From positions 106,384 to 170,383 of the forward strand of contig JAZLEQ010000018.1 of NCBI GenBank assembly GCA_045615365.1: DNA of 64,000 nt, given 5' to 3'. Source of the DNA: Alphaproteobacteria bacterium (GTDB lineage Bacteria; Pseudomonadota; Alphaproteobacteria; RF32; CAG-239). The position numbers were made by a program, and so were the translations under genes. Of the stretch, positions 46,991 through 56,908 are shown piece after piece. Within the stretch, counting starts at the first letter, position 1. The number at the start of each line of letters is the position of its first letter. The notes under the pieces are model-generated. The model saw only the letters and a list, made by a program, of their open reading frames with translations, was not told the origin of the DNA and searched no databases.

Positions 46991-48718
46991 ATGAAACATA
47001 TAAGCAAAATTTTATTATTCGGATTATTTGTATTTTCAAGCGCATCCGAAGCAGCCATGCTTCCGGAATATGCTGACAATTCATATACCGAACATTCCCT
47101 ATCCCGTTCCGACACAAATTGCATAAAAGCCGGCTATAAGGTAACTTATGGAGATTGCAAAGGGCAAACTGCTCCTGAAGGACGTTGTCCGCACAGCAAT
47201 AACTACTATCGCGCTTGCACTCAAAGACAATGGTGCTTGAACTATAACTATACATATTCAAACAAAAATTGTCCGTCTCCGCAATTCCCTGCCAAACAAT
47301 GTAGCAACGGATATGAACTTTATCGCGCATGTAACCTTAACAATGAAAAAGCATGCCGTCAACTCGGCTACAATCCCCAAAACGAATGTATGCTCACCGA
47401 AGAGCGCTGCCCTTATGACAACACTTATGGCAAGTGCTGCGATTCATGTCCTAATTTTTCTCATTCGATTGATGAAATTCCAGCCGGCTACATTGCTGAT
47501 GGTCCCATATGCATAACTTGCGACAAAATCAAAAAAACCAACATCATTGAAAATCCGTGTGAAGGCTACACAAAATGCAGCTATGGACCTAAAACACTCC
47601 AAACAACATCATGCTTACGCGGTAAAGAAGTTTTATATTCCGAATGCAAAAGTTCCGAACAATTGTGCATTGAACAAGGATACACAAAGAAGTCCTGCAA
47701 ATCCACAGAAAACACAATAAGCTGCCCTCAAAACACCAATTTGAAAAGCTGCACTACAAATTGCGAAAAACTCATCAGTAAACTATACCCTGAAGCACAA
47801 ATCATCACACACGACATAGTAAACCCTAAAATTGATGATACAAAAAAGGAATTGCGTTCCAGTTACGGAATACTGTCCAAAGAATGTAACTCAGAATATC
47901 GTCCGGAAATCAGGCTTGATTTAAACTACAATAATTATAATGACTACGTATACTTATTTAATAAAAACATAAGCAATATAAATTTCGTGCTCAATTTTGA
48001 AGATCCGGTTGATATAATCTTTGGCGGCATATTGGAAAATGTTAAAATAAAAACAATTGGCAATACTCCGGAATGCCCGATTAAAGGAGAGCTCATAAAA
48101 ATAAATGACACAGTAAGCTTTATTAATGACAAAACAATATGTGCCAATATTGAAATCAGAGATTCTTCCAAATTTATCACCACCGGCAATGTAAAAGGCG
48201 ATATCAATGCCGGACAAAACTCTTCAATAGGCATAAAAGGAAATCTTAACGGCCTGCTTCAAACCAAATCCTTTTCCGAAATTTTCATAAAAGGAAATTA
48301 TAGCGCCACAGACACCAACAATCTTATACATCCGAACGGCAGCATTGTTTTCGGCTGCGACAATAAGGCCAAAATACTTGGCGGAATATCTGCCGAAACT
48401 GCAAATATTATAATAAAACGAAATTCAACCGTAGACACTCCATTTATCAAAATAAAATCAACAAGCTCCAACTTAGATTTACCCAACCAAATAAGCAGCA
48501 TTCATGTTCACAAATATTCTAAAATCATGACAACATACGATAAAACCGAATTCCCCATGATTTACAACAATAGCTTTGATTGCGATGACAAATATTTCAT
48601 CCATCTGGGTTCAGATATTCAACTTGCCAAACAAGAAATATCCATAGAACCTTCGGCATTTTATCGTGAAAAATGGCAGTGCCAAAAAATATCTCGCCAA
48701 CAGGCAAATTGCGATTAA
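46991..48718 (+). CDS. Large cysteine-rich secreted protein (575 aa from Met-8), ORFan
   Basis: Signal peptide (…SSASEAAML). About 40 Cys in repeated modules (C…GY…C, YRAC…C…GY), then a Cys-poor Asn/Ile-rich C-terminal half. No homology recognisable. Confidence 0.55.
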   Translation: MKHISKILLFGLFVFSSASEAAMLPEYADNSYTEHSLSRSDTNCIKAGYKVTYGDCKGQTAPEGRCPHSNNYYRACTQRQWCLNYNYTYSNKNCPSPQFPAKQCSNGYELYRACNLNNEKACRQLGYNPQNECMLTEERCPYDNTYGKCCDSCPNFSHSIDEIPAGYIADGPICITCDKIKKTNIIENPCEGYTKCSYGPKTLQTTSCLRGKEVLYSECKSSEQLCIEQGYTKKSCKSTENTISCPQNTNLKSCTTNCEKLISKLYPEAQIITHDIVNPKIDDTKKELRSSYGILSKECNSEYRPEIRLDLNYNNYNDYVYLFNKNISNINFVLNFEDPVDIIFGGILENVKIKTIGNTPECPIKGELIKINDTVSFINDKTICANIEIRDSSKFITTGNVKGDINAGQNSSIGIKGNLNGLLQTKSFSEIFIKGNYSATDTNNLIHPNGSIVFGCDNKAKILGGISAETANIIIKRNSTVDTPFIKIKSTSSNLDLPNQISSIHVHKYSKIMTTYDKTEFPMIYNNSFDCDDKYFIHLGSDIQLAKQEISIEPSAFYREKWQCQKISRQQANCD

Positions 48719-49185
48719 TCATTAACATTAGGCGAATATATAGTCTGAGGTTGCGCAGGATTACTCATAACCTTAATATCTTCTTCCGGATATGATTGCA
48801 CATCATAAATACGTCCGTTAGCTTCGACCAAAGTATTCTGAAAATCTTTTCCTAGTTTAATTGCTTCTTGTTGCGGATTATTAATCTGCTCGTTACTAGT
48901 TGTATTTTCATTCAAATTTTCCGTTTCACCGGAACCAAAACTTTGAACCGGATTTTTCGAAATTTTATTTTCTTGAATTCCTGACGGCTGCGACACAACA
49001 TCCGGCAACGGACTTCCTAACGGATTCGGAGCATCTTTCGGCTGTTCCACCACCATAACATTTTGTCCTCCGTCAGGGGTTGCCGCCGAAACTTCAATAA
49101 TTGTAGGAGTTTCATTAACCTCAGCTCTGGCCACCCCTCCCAACATCACTAAAATTGCGAATACTGCATTATAATAACCCAACAT
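48715..49185 (-). CDS. Hypothetical secreted low-complexity protein (156 aa)
   Basis: Signal peptide (…GGVARAEV), Pro/Gln/Asn/Ser-rich; its stop overlaps the Cys-rich gene stop (convergent). Confidence 0.45.
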   Translation of the reverse strand: MLGYYNAVFAILVMLGGVARAEVNETPTIIEVSAATPDGGQNVMVVEQPKDAPNPLGSPLPDVVSQPSGIQENKISKNPVQSFGSGETENLNENTTSNEQINNPQQEAIKLGKDFQNTLVEANGRIYDVQSYPEEDIKVMSNPAQPQTIYSPNVND

Positions 49186-49326
49186 TTTTCCTCCTTCAAC
49201 AAAATCTAAATAACTTTATTTTTATATAATTACACTTATCCACAAAACAATGCATATGGAGAGTGTGATTTTAATATTTTTTAAACTTTTTAAGCTAAAA
49301 TTTAAAATAACAAAAGGAGAAATATA

Positions 49327-49500
49327 ATGACTGAACTTGGTGCAATAAGCACATATAAACTTGCCGTTCAACAAGTGCAAATGAGCATAATTAAAAACGA
49401 AGCCGAAGCGCAACAAGAAATTGTTGAAATACTAAACAATTCCGATGGCATCAAACACACACCGGGAGATAGAGGAAGTCTTGTTGATGTAGAACTCTAA
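49327..49500 (+). CDS. Small YjfB-like putative motility protein (57 aa); not in the supplied ORF track
   Basis: Strong RBS aaaaggagaaatataATG. MTELGAISTYKLAVQQVQMSIIKNEAEAQQEIVEILNNSDGIKHTPGDRGSLVDVEL resembles the YjfB motility family (…QMSI.K…Q…IV.ML…G..LD…). Confidence 0.45.
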   Translation: MTELGAISTYKLAVQQVQMSIIKNEAEAQQEIVEILNNSDGIKHTPGDRGSLVDVEL

Positions 49501-49817
49501 AAAATATTTATCATTGTTGCAAACGACAATGATAAAACAAAAGAAATAAAATATTTAACAAAATTCCAAACAGCTAAACCGAATGTTGCTTTAATATCAA
49601 TTTTCATTGATGCTTCTTTATATATCTTGGCAAAACCGAATGCATAAATCAAAGCACAAACAGCAATTGTCGCATACCACCAATTTTCAAAAAACAAAGC
49701 CCTTATTTCTTCAGCTTTTTTATTAGCGAAACACCAAAATCCGCTGACTATTCCCAAAAGCACTAACGGATTAAAAATAATACCCGAAGTAAATAAACTG
49801 ATTAAACCTTTTAACAT
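49497..49817 (-). CDS. Small hypothetical membrane protein (106 aa, 3 TM)
   Basis: Hydrophobic ORF; TAAATG junction with the upstream 65-aa ORF. Confidence 0.4.
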   Translation of the reverse strand: MLKGLISLFTSGIIFNPLVLLGIVSGFWCFANKKAEEIRALFFENWWYATIAVCALIYAFGFAKIYKEASMKIDIKATFGLAVWNFVKYFISFVLSLSFATMINIF

Positions 49818-50015
49818 TTACCAAGCAATTTTTCTGGTTAAATAACGTGAAGCATCTTTTTGTGAAACACTACTCCACACACAACGCGAAGAAGGTTGAT
49901 TTTGCCCGCTTAATTTTTGCGATAACATAAGTATTGCAGCCACACCCTTGGCTTGAATTTTCGGAGTTTTATCTTGTCTCCAATCAAAAAAATTTTTTTC
50001 AATATTTTTGCGCAT
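49818..50015 (-). CDS. Small hypothetical protein (65 aa)
   Basis: Short ORF translationally coupled to 49497..49817. Confidence 0.3.
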   Translation of the reverse strand: MRKNIEKNFFDWRQDKTPKIQAKGVAAILMLSQKLSGQNQPSSRCVWSSVSQKDASRYLTRKIAW

Positions 50016-50102
50016 TCAAAATCTCCTAAAAAATCTTAATAAACACCATATACCCACAATATTAGTGCCAAAAAGTAAACAAAATATTAATTATTGATTT
50101 TA

Positions 50103-51455
50103 CTAACAAGCAAGCTCAGTAATCTTGTTCCAAAGTGTTTTACCGAGTTCATTAACCACCGCCTCGTCATCACCGCAAACCCAAACTCTTATTTTTGGTT
50201 CTGTTCCCGACGGATGAATAACCACCCTGCCATGCCCTTCAATTTTTCTACTTAATTCATCAACCAAATTTTTCAATTCTTCTGCCTGAGTAATTTCTTT
50301 CACCTGAGCATTATTTTTGGTTTTATAATTTTCAAAATACAAAAAATCGTCCTTAAACAACGGAAAAACTTGCGAAGCTTTTTTGCCTTCTGCCTTCAAA
50401 CCTTGCAAAACTTTCAAAAATGTCATCATGGCATCGCCCGATTTTGCATAATCCAAAAGCACAATATGACCGGACTCTTCCCCGCCTATCATACCGCCAT
50501 TTTCTTTCAAAGCCTTAATCACGGGTCTTTCACCTACTGCCGTTGAAACATATTGCAGTTTCAATTTCTGAGTTATAAATCTCTCCAAAGCAGTATTTGA
50601 AAGCTTTGTAGAAGCAAATGCTCTGCCATTATTTTCGCCGTTTTTTTCCAAAAACATTGCAATAAAAGCCATCAACTGCTCGCTTTTTATCAAATTTCCT
50701 TCATCATCGCCGATTTTTATTCTGTCTCCATCGCCATCAACCGCAATTCCCAAATCGGCTTTTTGTTTTTTTATTTCTTCCAACATTGATTTGGGATGTT
50801 GCGAACCGCAATCACGATTAATATTATACCCGTCAGGTTTATTTCCCAAAACCCAAACATCTGCACCCAATTTTTTCAAAACATCGGGCAGAATCTCCGA
50901 AAAAACACCATTTGCGCAATCAGCTACAATTTTCATACCTGCCAAATTTTGTTTTTTGTCAAACATATTCAATGCAATTTGTTTATATTTTTCGGCAATT
51001 GTATAATCCTCAAAAACTTTGCCGATATTATCTTTATTTAAGATAAATTCATTTTTTTCAATTAAGTTTTCAATTTTTGCGGTAATTTCATCAGCAAATT
51101 TATCACCACTGTTTGTAATAAGTTTAATTCCGTTATCATAATACGGATTATGTGAAGCGGTAATCATCACTGCCATATCAACTTCAAGCTCGGAAACAAA
51201 TGTTGTAACAGCCGGGGTTGGCAAAACTCCGAGCTTTATCACATCCACACCTTTAGAAGTAAAACCGGCTATTAAAGCAGCCTCCAACATATCTCCGGAA
51301 ATTCTGGTATCTTTTGCTATTGCCACCTTTTTTCTATCATCACATACCAATTCTGCCACAGCCATTGCCAATTTGCAGGCAAACTCTGCCGTCATCGGAA
51401 ATTCATTAGCAACACCTCTAACACCATCTGTCCCGAACCATTTATTTTTAGCCAT
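50103..51455 (-). CDS. glmM: Phosphoglucosamine mutase
   Basis: 450 aa; MAKNKWFGTDGVRGVAN…, phosphoserine loop ITASHNPYYDNGIKL. Confidence 0.9.
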   Translation of the reverse strand: MAKNKWFGTDGVRGVANEFPMTAEFACKLAMAVAELVCDDRKKVAIAKDTRISGDMLEAALIAGFTSKGVDVIKLGVLPTPAVTTFVSELEVDMAVMITASHNPYYDNGIKLITNSGDKFADEITAKIENLIEKNEFILNKDNIGKVFEDYTIAEKYKQIALNMFDKKQNLAGMKIVADCANGVFSEILPDVLKKLGADVWVLGNKPDGYNINRDCGSQHPKSMLEEIKKQKADLGIAVDGDGDRIKIGDDEGNLIKSEQLMAFIAMFLEKNGENNGRAFASTKLSNTALERFITQKLKLQYVSTAVGERPVIKALKENGGMIGGEESGHIVLLDYAKSGDAMMTFLKVLQGLKAEGKKASQVFPLFKDDFLYFENYKTKNNAQVKEITQAEELKNLVDELSRKIEGHGRVVIHPSGTEPKIRVWVCGDDEAVVNELGKTLWNKITELAC

Positions 51456-51554
51456 TTTACCCTCACTTATATAAAAACAACATTCTTATATAAAATCATT
51501 TTATCCTCATCATTTCAAGGCAAACTTAAAAACTATCACAAGCTACTTCACATA

Positions 51555-51585
51555 AAAAAAAGCGCCTTTCAAAAAAGCGCTTTTA
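51555..51585 (-). terminator. Intrinsic terminator after 51604..52527 (aagcgcc / gcgctt + T-run on the minus strand)
   Basis: Short GC hairpin flanked by A8 / T-runs. Confidence 0.5.
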
Positions 51586-51603
51586 ATTATGACACAACAA
51601 TTA

Positions 51604-52527
51604 TTATCTTTGTTTTTCGACCTGTTTTAACAAAAGTTTTTTATTTTTCTGCAACATTTTTCTAAGTTCTTTTTGTTTTTGATAAATTCTGGCTCTTCCT
51701 GCCACCCAGTTATATATTTTCTGCATTGTTTTATCGCCTTTACTTGCAAAATTTTCCGGATGCCACTGCACACACAAAACCTTTTCATCCTCATTTCCCC
51801 AGGCTTCAGGAACGCCGTCTTTTCCGCATGCATAAATTTTCAAATCACTGCCACTTGTATCCGGCACCATAGCCTCGTTATGTCTTGAATTAACAACAAG
51901 TTTTTTCTCACCCAACAATTCATATAACGGCGAATCCGGAATAATTGATATTTCATGAGCTTCCGAATTTTTTGTTTTATGTTCAATACTTGTATTTACA
52001 TATTCCTTCACATTTCTAAGCATTTTCATCTTATGCATACCGCCGACAATTTGCGCTCCGGCACATATCCCCAATATCGGCATATTAGCTTTTTTAGCTT
52101 GCAATATTGAAGTTACATAAGCATACGAACGATCACCGGGTTTGTTATTAGTTTTCTTTAGAGGGTCTGTATAAAATTCATCCGGCGAATCAAACGAACC
52201 TCCGGGTAAAATAAGCCCATCGGCATTTTCCATTTGCATAACATTTTCGCCATACGTTAAAAATATAATATTAACATTACTCTGAGCAATTGCTTTGGCA
52301 TAATTAAAATCAATAGTATAATGCCCCTCTTCTCTTCCCAGTAAAAAAGCTATTGTCGGAGCATTTTCTTTTGGCAGATTGCAACCGAGTTTTTCATAAT
52401 CTTCTTTTTTTAATGATATTAGCGGCAAACACCCTTCTTTAGTTGTTTTTTCCACAACCCTGTCAGATATTCCAAATGCATTATATTGAGGCAGGAATTC
52501 AAGATTTAGATTTTCTTTTTTCATCAT
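51604..52527 (-). CDS. Gamma-glutamyl-gamma-aminobutyrate hydrolase family protein (class I glutamine amidotransferase-like, peptidase C26)
   Basis: 307 aa; nucleophile elbow …PILGICAGAQIV…, …LPGGSFD…, …VQWHPE…. Confidence 0.7.
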   Translation of the reverse strand: MMKKENLNLEFLPQYNAFGISDRVVEKTTKEGCLPLISLKKEDYEKLGCNLPKENAPTIAFLLGREEGHYTIDFNYAKAIAQSNVNIIFLTYGENVMQMENADGLILPGGSFDSPDEFYTDPLKKTNNKPGDRSYAYVTSILQAKKANMPILGICAGAQIVGGMHKMKMLRNVKEYVNTSIEHKTKNSEAHEISIIPDSPLYELLGEKKLVVNSRHNEAMVPDTSGSDLKIYACGKDGVPEAWGNEDEKVLCVQWHPENFASKGDKTMQKIYNWVAGRARIYQKQKELRKMLQKNKKLLLKQVEKQR

Positions 52528-52633
52528 GCCACCTCCTGTCAGTTATTGATAATAGCACAAAATTTAACTCATGTCAAAAAAATGCGAAGCAAATAATAAA
52601 AAATAAAATTTAACAACTTAGTAAAAATAATTA

Positions 52634-52662
52634 TTGACATTAAAAGAACAAACCTATATAAA
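52634..52662 (+). promoter_or_regulatory. σ70-like promoter for tRNA-Thr (TTGACA-17-TATAAA)
   Basis: -35 ttgaca 52634-52639, -10 tataaa 52657-52662, ~14 nt before the tRNA 5' end. Confidence 0.45.
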
Positions 52663-52676
52663 CAACCCCAGATTAC

Positions 52677-52752
52677 GCCGACATAGCTCAGTTGGTAGAG
52701 CTACTGATTTGTAATCAGTGGGTCGGGAGTTCGAGTCTCTCTGTCGGCACCA
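52677..52752 (+). tRNA. tRNA-Thr (anticodon UGU), CCA encoded
   Basis: Cloverleaf read by hand: acceptor GCCGACA/TGTCGGC, D-arm GCTC-AGTTGGTA-GAGC, anticodon stem ACTGA/TCAGT with loop TTTGTAA, T-arm GGGAG-TTCGAGT-CTCTC, 3' ACCA. Confidence 0.85.
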
Positions 52753-52754
52753 TT

Positions 52755-52786
52755 AAAAAATCCCCCTTTCATGGGGGATTTTTTAA
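52755..52786 (+). terminator. Intrinsic terminator after tRNA-Thr (aaaaaatccccc / gggggatttttt)
   Basis: Perfect hairpin plus T-run. Confidence 0.65.
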
Positions 52787-52789
52787 TGG

Positions 52790-52935
52790 TTTTCGCCAGA
52801 GGCCGCGAACTCACGAAGAAAGGGAGTTTGACTAGGAGGAGCAGGCGAGACGGAAGTATCGCCGCACTTGCGACGACGAAGCGGCCGAGCATTTTATATG
52901 CGAGGTCAGTCTCTCTGACAGCCCTCAAGGGCTGT
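52790..52935. repeat. Repeat copy A of a ~140-bp element (tttcgccagaggccNcgaactcacNaagggagtttga … cagtctctctgNcNgc) with a degenerate tRNA-Thr 3'-end-like tail
   Basis: Its first ~43 nt are ~93% identical to 60022-60064. Its end (52907-52924, cagtctctctgacagccc) resembles the tRNA-Thr 3' end gagtctctctgtcggcacc. Confidence 0.5.
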
Positions 52936-53159
52936 TCAGATATTCTGCACCAGTTTTCCAAGGGTTTCAGAGTTTTCTGAAATCCTTATTTTTTTGGTGC
53001 TACACAGGTGCTACATTTTTAAATCAGATCTTTGTGTTTAAATATAATTGCTAAGATTTTACAAAAATGTATGAAGCAAAATAATTGTTATTTGTTTGCA
53101 TTTTTTAAATAAATTTAAATTTTATATGTTACAATTCTCTTTAGTATGAGGATAAAAGA

Positions 53160-54023
53160 ATGTTATTACACTTATTAATTAATACTTTGATTGTCGGGTC
53201 TGGCTATGGTTTGGTTGCCATGGCTTTTCGTCTGATGTACTCTGTTTCGCCATTTTTTAATATGACGCTCGGCGCAATAGCCGCTTTGGGAGCTTATACA
53301 GCCTATTGGTTGCTAAACCTTGGCACACCATTGCCGGTAGTGGTGGTTGCTGCACTGTTGATGAGTGCTTTATTTTCGAGCTTTTTAGAAATTTGTATAT
53401 ATACTCCTATGCGCAATCACGGTGCTTCTTCAATGATTTTGATGGTTGCATCTTTGGGTGTTTATACGATTTTTGAATCGGTTATTCACTTGATTTTTGG
53501 TCCACAATATCAAACTTTGGGCAACATTAACTCTGCAATCAATGTAAATTTAGGTTTTGTAAACATTCCGTTGGTGCAGTTTTTAACCATTATTGCTAAT
53601 ATTGTAGTGTTTGTTTTCTTAAATTACTTTTTACATCATACATTTACCGGAAAACAAATCAGAGCGGTTAATGATAGCTCTACCTTGGCCAATATAATTG
53701 GTATGAAAAACAACCAAATAATCTTGTTGGTATCGGTTTTGACCGGTTTAATTCTTGGCTTAGACGGTGTTTTGGTCGGATATGATACCGGAATGGAGCC
53801 GACAATGGGCTTTAATTTGTTGTTTAAGGGAATGATAGGTGCAATTATAGGCGGACTTGCCAACTTGCGTGGAGCTTTCTTTGGAGCGCTTTTCTTAGCC
53901 TTAGCCGAAAATGTCGGAGTGTTGTTGTTTGCTTCGGAATGGCGCGATTTGATAGCCTTTGTGATATTTATTACATTTTTATCGCTTCGCCCGAAAGGAA
54001 TTTTTCAAAAAAAAGGAGAATAA
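53160..54023 (+). CDS. livH: Branched-chain amino acid ABC transporter permease, LivH-like
   Basis: 287 aa, 8-9 TM, BPD_transp_2-type membrane protein. First gene of the T/G-rich cassette. Confidence 0.7.
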   Translation: MLLHLLINTLIVGSGYGLVAMAFRLMYSVSPFFNMTLGAIAALGAYTAYWLLNLGTPLPVVVVAALLMSALFSSFLEICIYTPMRNHGASSMILMVASLGVYTIFESVIHLIFGPQYQTLGNINSAINVNLGFVNIPLVQFLTIIANIVVFVFLNYFLHHTFTGKQIRAVNDSSTLANIIGMKNNQIILLVSVLTGLILGLDGVLVGYDTGMEPTMGFNLLFKGMIGAIIGGLANLRGAFFGALFLALAENVGVLLFASEWRDLIAFVIFITFLSLRPKGIFQKKGE

Positions 54024-54028
54024 AAGAA

Positions 54029-55144
54029 ATGAAAAAGGTTTTATTGAGTTTGATGATGGCGACATCTTTGGTTGCTTGTGGTGAAAAAGCCGAGGCTCCG
54101 AAAGAAAACGAAAAACCGATTATAAAAATCGGCGCGACTTTACCTTTGACAGGTGATGCAGCGGAGGCTGGACAGGCTGCAAAGGCCGGACTTGAGATGG
54201 TTTTAGATGATTTGTCGCAAAAGGGACTAAAATATGATTACAGGCTTATTTTTGAGGATAACCAGATGAATCCTCAAAAAGTGGCTACTACCATAAACAA
54301 AATGGTAAATATTGATAATGTCAAAGCGGTGCTATCATTTTGGAACCTAATGGGTAATGTTTCGTCGGCTTTGGCAGAACAAAATAATGTTTTTTCATTT
54401 ACTTGCTCTATTGGCGAGGATTCGACCAAAGGAAAGTACAATTTTAACAATTATGCTTCAAATTATCAACAAGCGGAAGTATTGGTTGAAACCTTAAAAG
54501 AGTACAATGTTAAGACTGTTGCACTGTTTACGGATAATTCCGGTATGCGCCATCAGTTTGAAGTTGTAAAAGACTATATGAAGAATCATTCTGATATTGA
54601 GATTGTGTTTGAAGAGTTCTTTAACCCCGGAGAAAAAGATTATAAAGCAGCAATAATCAAAGCTTCGACAAAAAATCCGGATATGTATTTGTATTCAGGG
54701 TATAATCCTTCAACCTATATTTTTATGAAGCAACTCAAAGAAATTACCGGCAAGAATAATAACGTTACCACTATTGATATGTTTTTTGATATGGCTGTTA
54801 AGGACCGTGATATTATTGAAGGATTGTGGTATGTTGATTCTAATTTGAACGGAACAAAAGAATTTCAAGACAGGTTATTAAAGGAAAAGGGCTTAGTTTC
54901 GCAGTCTTGCACAGGTAATACAGCTGCAAATTTGGAAATTATTGTTAACGCATATGAAAATGCTCTTGTATCTGAGGGCGAAACTATCCCGAGTAATGAT
55001 GCTGTCAGAGATTGGATTTTTGCTAATGTTAAAGATTTTGATACTGTTGGCGGTAGAGTTTCAGTTGTAAGAGAAGGATTGTTTGATAAAAAACCATCGA
55101 TTAAAAAAATGATAAATCGTGAACCGGTTGTGGTGGAGGAATAA
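54029..55144 (+). CDS. ABC transporter substrate-binding lipoprotein, Liv (PBP type I) family, paralog 1
   Basis: MKKVLLSLMMATSLVACGEKAEAPKENEKPIIKIGATLPLTGDAAEAG…; lipobox LVAC. The track ORF 53939.. is an upstream extension. Confidence 0.75.
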   Translation: MKKVLLSLMMATSLVACGEKAEAPKENEKPIIKIGATLPLTGDAAEAGQAAKAGLEMVLDDLSQKGLKYDYRLIFEDNQMNPQKVATTINKMVNIDNVKAVLSFWNLMGNVSSALAEQNNVFSFTCSIGEDSTKGKYNFNNYASNYQQAEVLVETLKEYNVKTVALFTDNSGMRHQFEVVKDYMKNHSDIEIVFEEFFNPGEKDYKAAIIKASTKNPDMYLYSGYNPSTYIFMKQLKEITGKNNNVTTIDMFFDMAVKDRDIIEGLWYVDSNLNGTKEFQDRLLKEKGLVSQSCTGNTAANLEIIVNAYENALVSEGETIPSNDAVRDWIFANVKDFDTVGGRVSVVREGLFDKKPSIKKMINREPVVVEE

Positions 55145-55153
55145 TATTAAACC

Positions 55154-56020
55154 ATGGAATATTTAATTAACTTAGCGATTTTATTTGGTATATATTCAAT
55201 GTTGGCGTTGTCGCTCAACTTGGTGGTTGGTATGAGCGGGCTTGTGTCTTTGGCTCAAGCGGCGTTTTACGGTATTGGCGCTTATGCTACGGCTATCGGC
55301 ATGACATCGTTGGGGTTGGGCTTTTTTACAACCATTTTGTTCGGAATGATTATAAATGCTCTTGTTGCCTTTGTAGTGGGTAAAATCTTGGCTCGTTTCC
55401 AAGGCGATATATATGCTATTGTTTCGGCGGGATTATCTATTATTGTCTTTTCAATTTTACTGAACTGGAAATCTGTAACCAACGGACCTTTGGGAATTTT
55501 CGGAATCGGAAAGCCTGAAATCGCCGGATATGCTTTTTATTCTAATTCGGCATTTTTGATGCTGACCTTAGTCTTTACCCTTGTGATTTTTGCAATTTAT
55601 TGGTGGATTGACAAATCTTCTTTCGGACGAGTCTTAAAGGCTCTGCGCGAAGATGAAAAACTTACACAAATCATGGGATACAAAACCAAATATTATAAAA
55701 GTGTGATTTTTGTATTGTCAGCGGCTTTATCGGGAATAGCAGGTTCGTTTTTTGCCAGCTATATTGCATTTATCGACCCATCAACATTTCAGCTTAAAGA
55801 AGGTATCTTTTTGTTTACAATCATTATTGTCGGAGGATTGTCATCAGCCAGAGGAAGTGTGATTGGTGCATTGATTCTCATATCTTTGCCCGAGATTTTG
55901 CGTTTTATCGGTCTGCCCTATGAAACAGCCGCTCAAATGCAACAAATTATTTATGGTGCAATGTTGTTGCTGATGATGATATTCAAACCACAAGGCCTGT
56001 TCGGAAAGTATAGGATGTAA
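55154..56020 (+). CDS. livM: Branched-chain amino acid ABC transporter permease, LivM-like
   Basis: 288 aa, polytopic, glycine-rich TM helices typical of the LivM/BraE family (shorter than E. coli LivM). Confidence 0.65.
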   Translation: MEYLINLAILFGIYSMLALSLNLVVGMSGLVSLAQAAFYGIGAYATAIGMTSLGLGFFTTILFGMIINALVAFVVGKILARFQGDIYAIVSAGLSIIVFSILLNWKSVTNGPLGIFGIGKPEIAGYAFYSNSAFLMLTLVFTLVIFAIYWWIDKSSFGRVLKALREDEKLTQIMGYKTKYYKSVIFVLSAALSGIAGSFFASYIAFIDPSTFQLKEGIFLFTIIIVGGLSSARGSVIGALILISLPEILRFIGLPYETAAQMQQIIYGAMLLLMMIFKPQGLFGKYRM

Positions 56021-56025
56021 TATAA

Positions 56026-56841
56026 ATGAAAAAAGTAACAGATATATTAAATTTCAAAAAACTACAATCGGGAGTGGCGTGTGATGCAAAAATAGCTTCG
56101 CCGTATGGTTTGGATATTATTACTTGTAAGGATCTTAATAAGCAATTTATGGGGATTAAAGCAATTGATAACCTCTCAATTGCAATTCCTCAGGCGATGA
56201 CTACCGGTCTGATTGGCCCTAACGGCTCGGGCAAAACAACCTTGATGAACATTTTAACCGGTATGCTAACTCCGGATTCCGGCGAAATAACGATTCGCGA
56301 CAAAAAACGTAATAGAGTAAAATCTCACGAATTGCGAAAATATCGCATGGCACGCACATTCCAAGACGGACGCCTTATTGAACAGCTTTCGGTAGAGGAC
56401 AATCTGTTGCTTCCGGTGGCAGAAAATTCATTGGTTGAGGCTTTGAAGGAGATTAAAACAGATGATTATAAAGCTCGCATGGAGAAAGTGCTAGAGATGA
56501 CATCGCTGACTGCTCATCGCTTTAAGAGAGCCGAAGAATTGTCTTATGGTTTGCGCAAACTCTTAGAGGTCGGCCGAGTATTGATGCAAGATGCCGACAT
56601 ATATTTCTTTGACGAGCCGTTTACCGGTCTGTTCCCTGAGGTTGTGGAACAAGTTTGCGGTATCATCGGAGGCTTACAAAAACAAGGTAAAACAATAGTG
56701 ATTATTGAACATAATATGGGACTGATTAAGCGCCTGAGTGATTATATAATTGTGCTTAACCATGGTGCGTTAATGGCTGAGGGCAAGCCGGATAGTGTCT
56801 TGCAAAACAAAGACGTCCGCGAGGCGTATTTGGGCGTATAG
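56026..56841 (+). CDS. livG: ABC transporter ATP-binding protein, LivG-like
   Basis: 271 aa; Walker A GPNGSGKTTLMNILTG, signature LSYGLRK, Walker B IYFFDEP, C-terminal branched-chain-type extension. Confidence 0.8.
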   Translation: MKKVTDILNFKKLQSGVACDAKIASPYGLDIITCKDLNKQFMGIKAIDNLSIAIPQAMTTGLIGPNGSGKTTLMNILTGMLTPDSGEITIRDKKRNRVKSHELRKYRMARTFQDGRLIEQLSVEDNLLLPVAENSLVEALKEIKTDDYKARMEKVLEMTSLTAHRFKRAEELSYGLRKLLEVGRVLMQDADIYFFDEPFTGLFPEVVEQVCGIIGGLQKQGKTIVIIEHNMGLIKRLSDYIIVLNHGALMAEGKPDSVLQNKDVREAYLGV

Positions 56842-56908
56842 AAATAATGTCATAGCGAGGAGAATAGCGACGAAGCTATTTTGGCTAATTAAAAAGAAAG
56901 GAAGGGAT

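Noticed and set aside
53939-56908. N-terminally extended versions of SBP1 (from 53939) and SBP2 (from 56795) in the ORF track
   Set aside because: Extensions overlap the preceding gene or intergenic sequence. All three paralogs share the MKKVLLS lipoprotein start, each with its own RBS.
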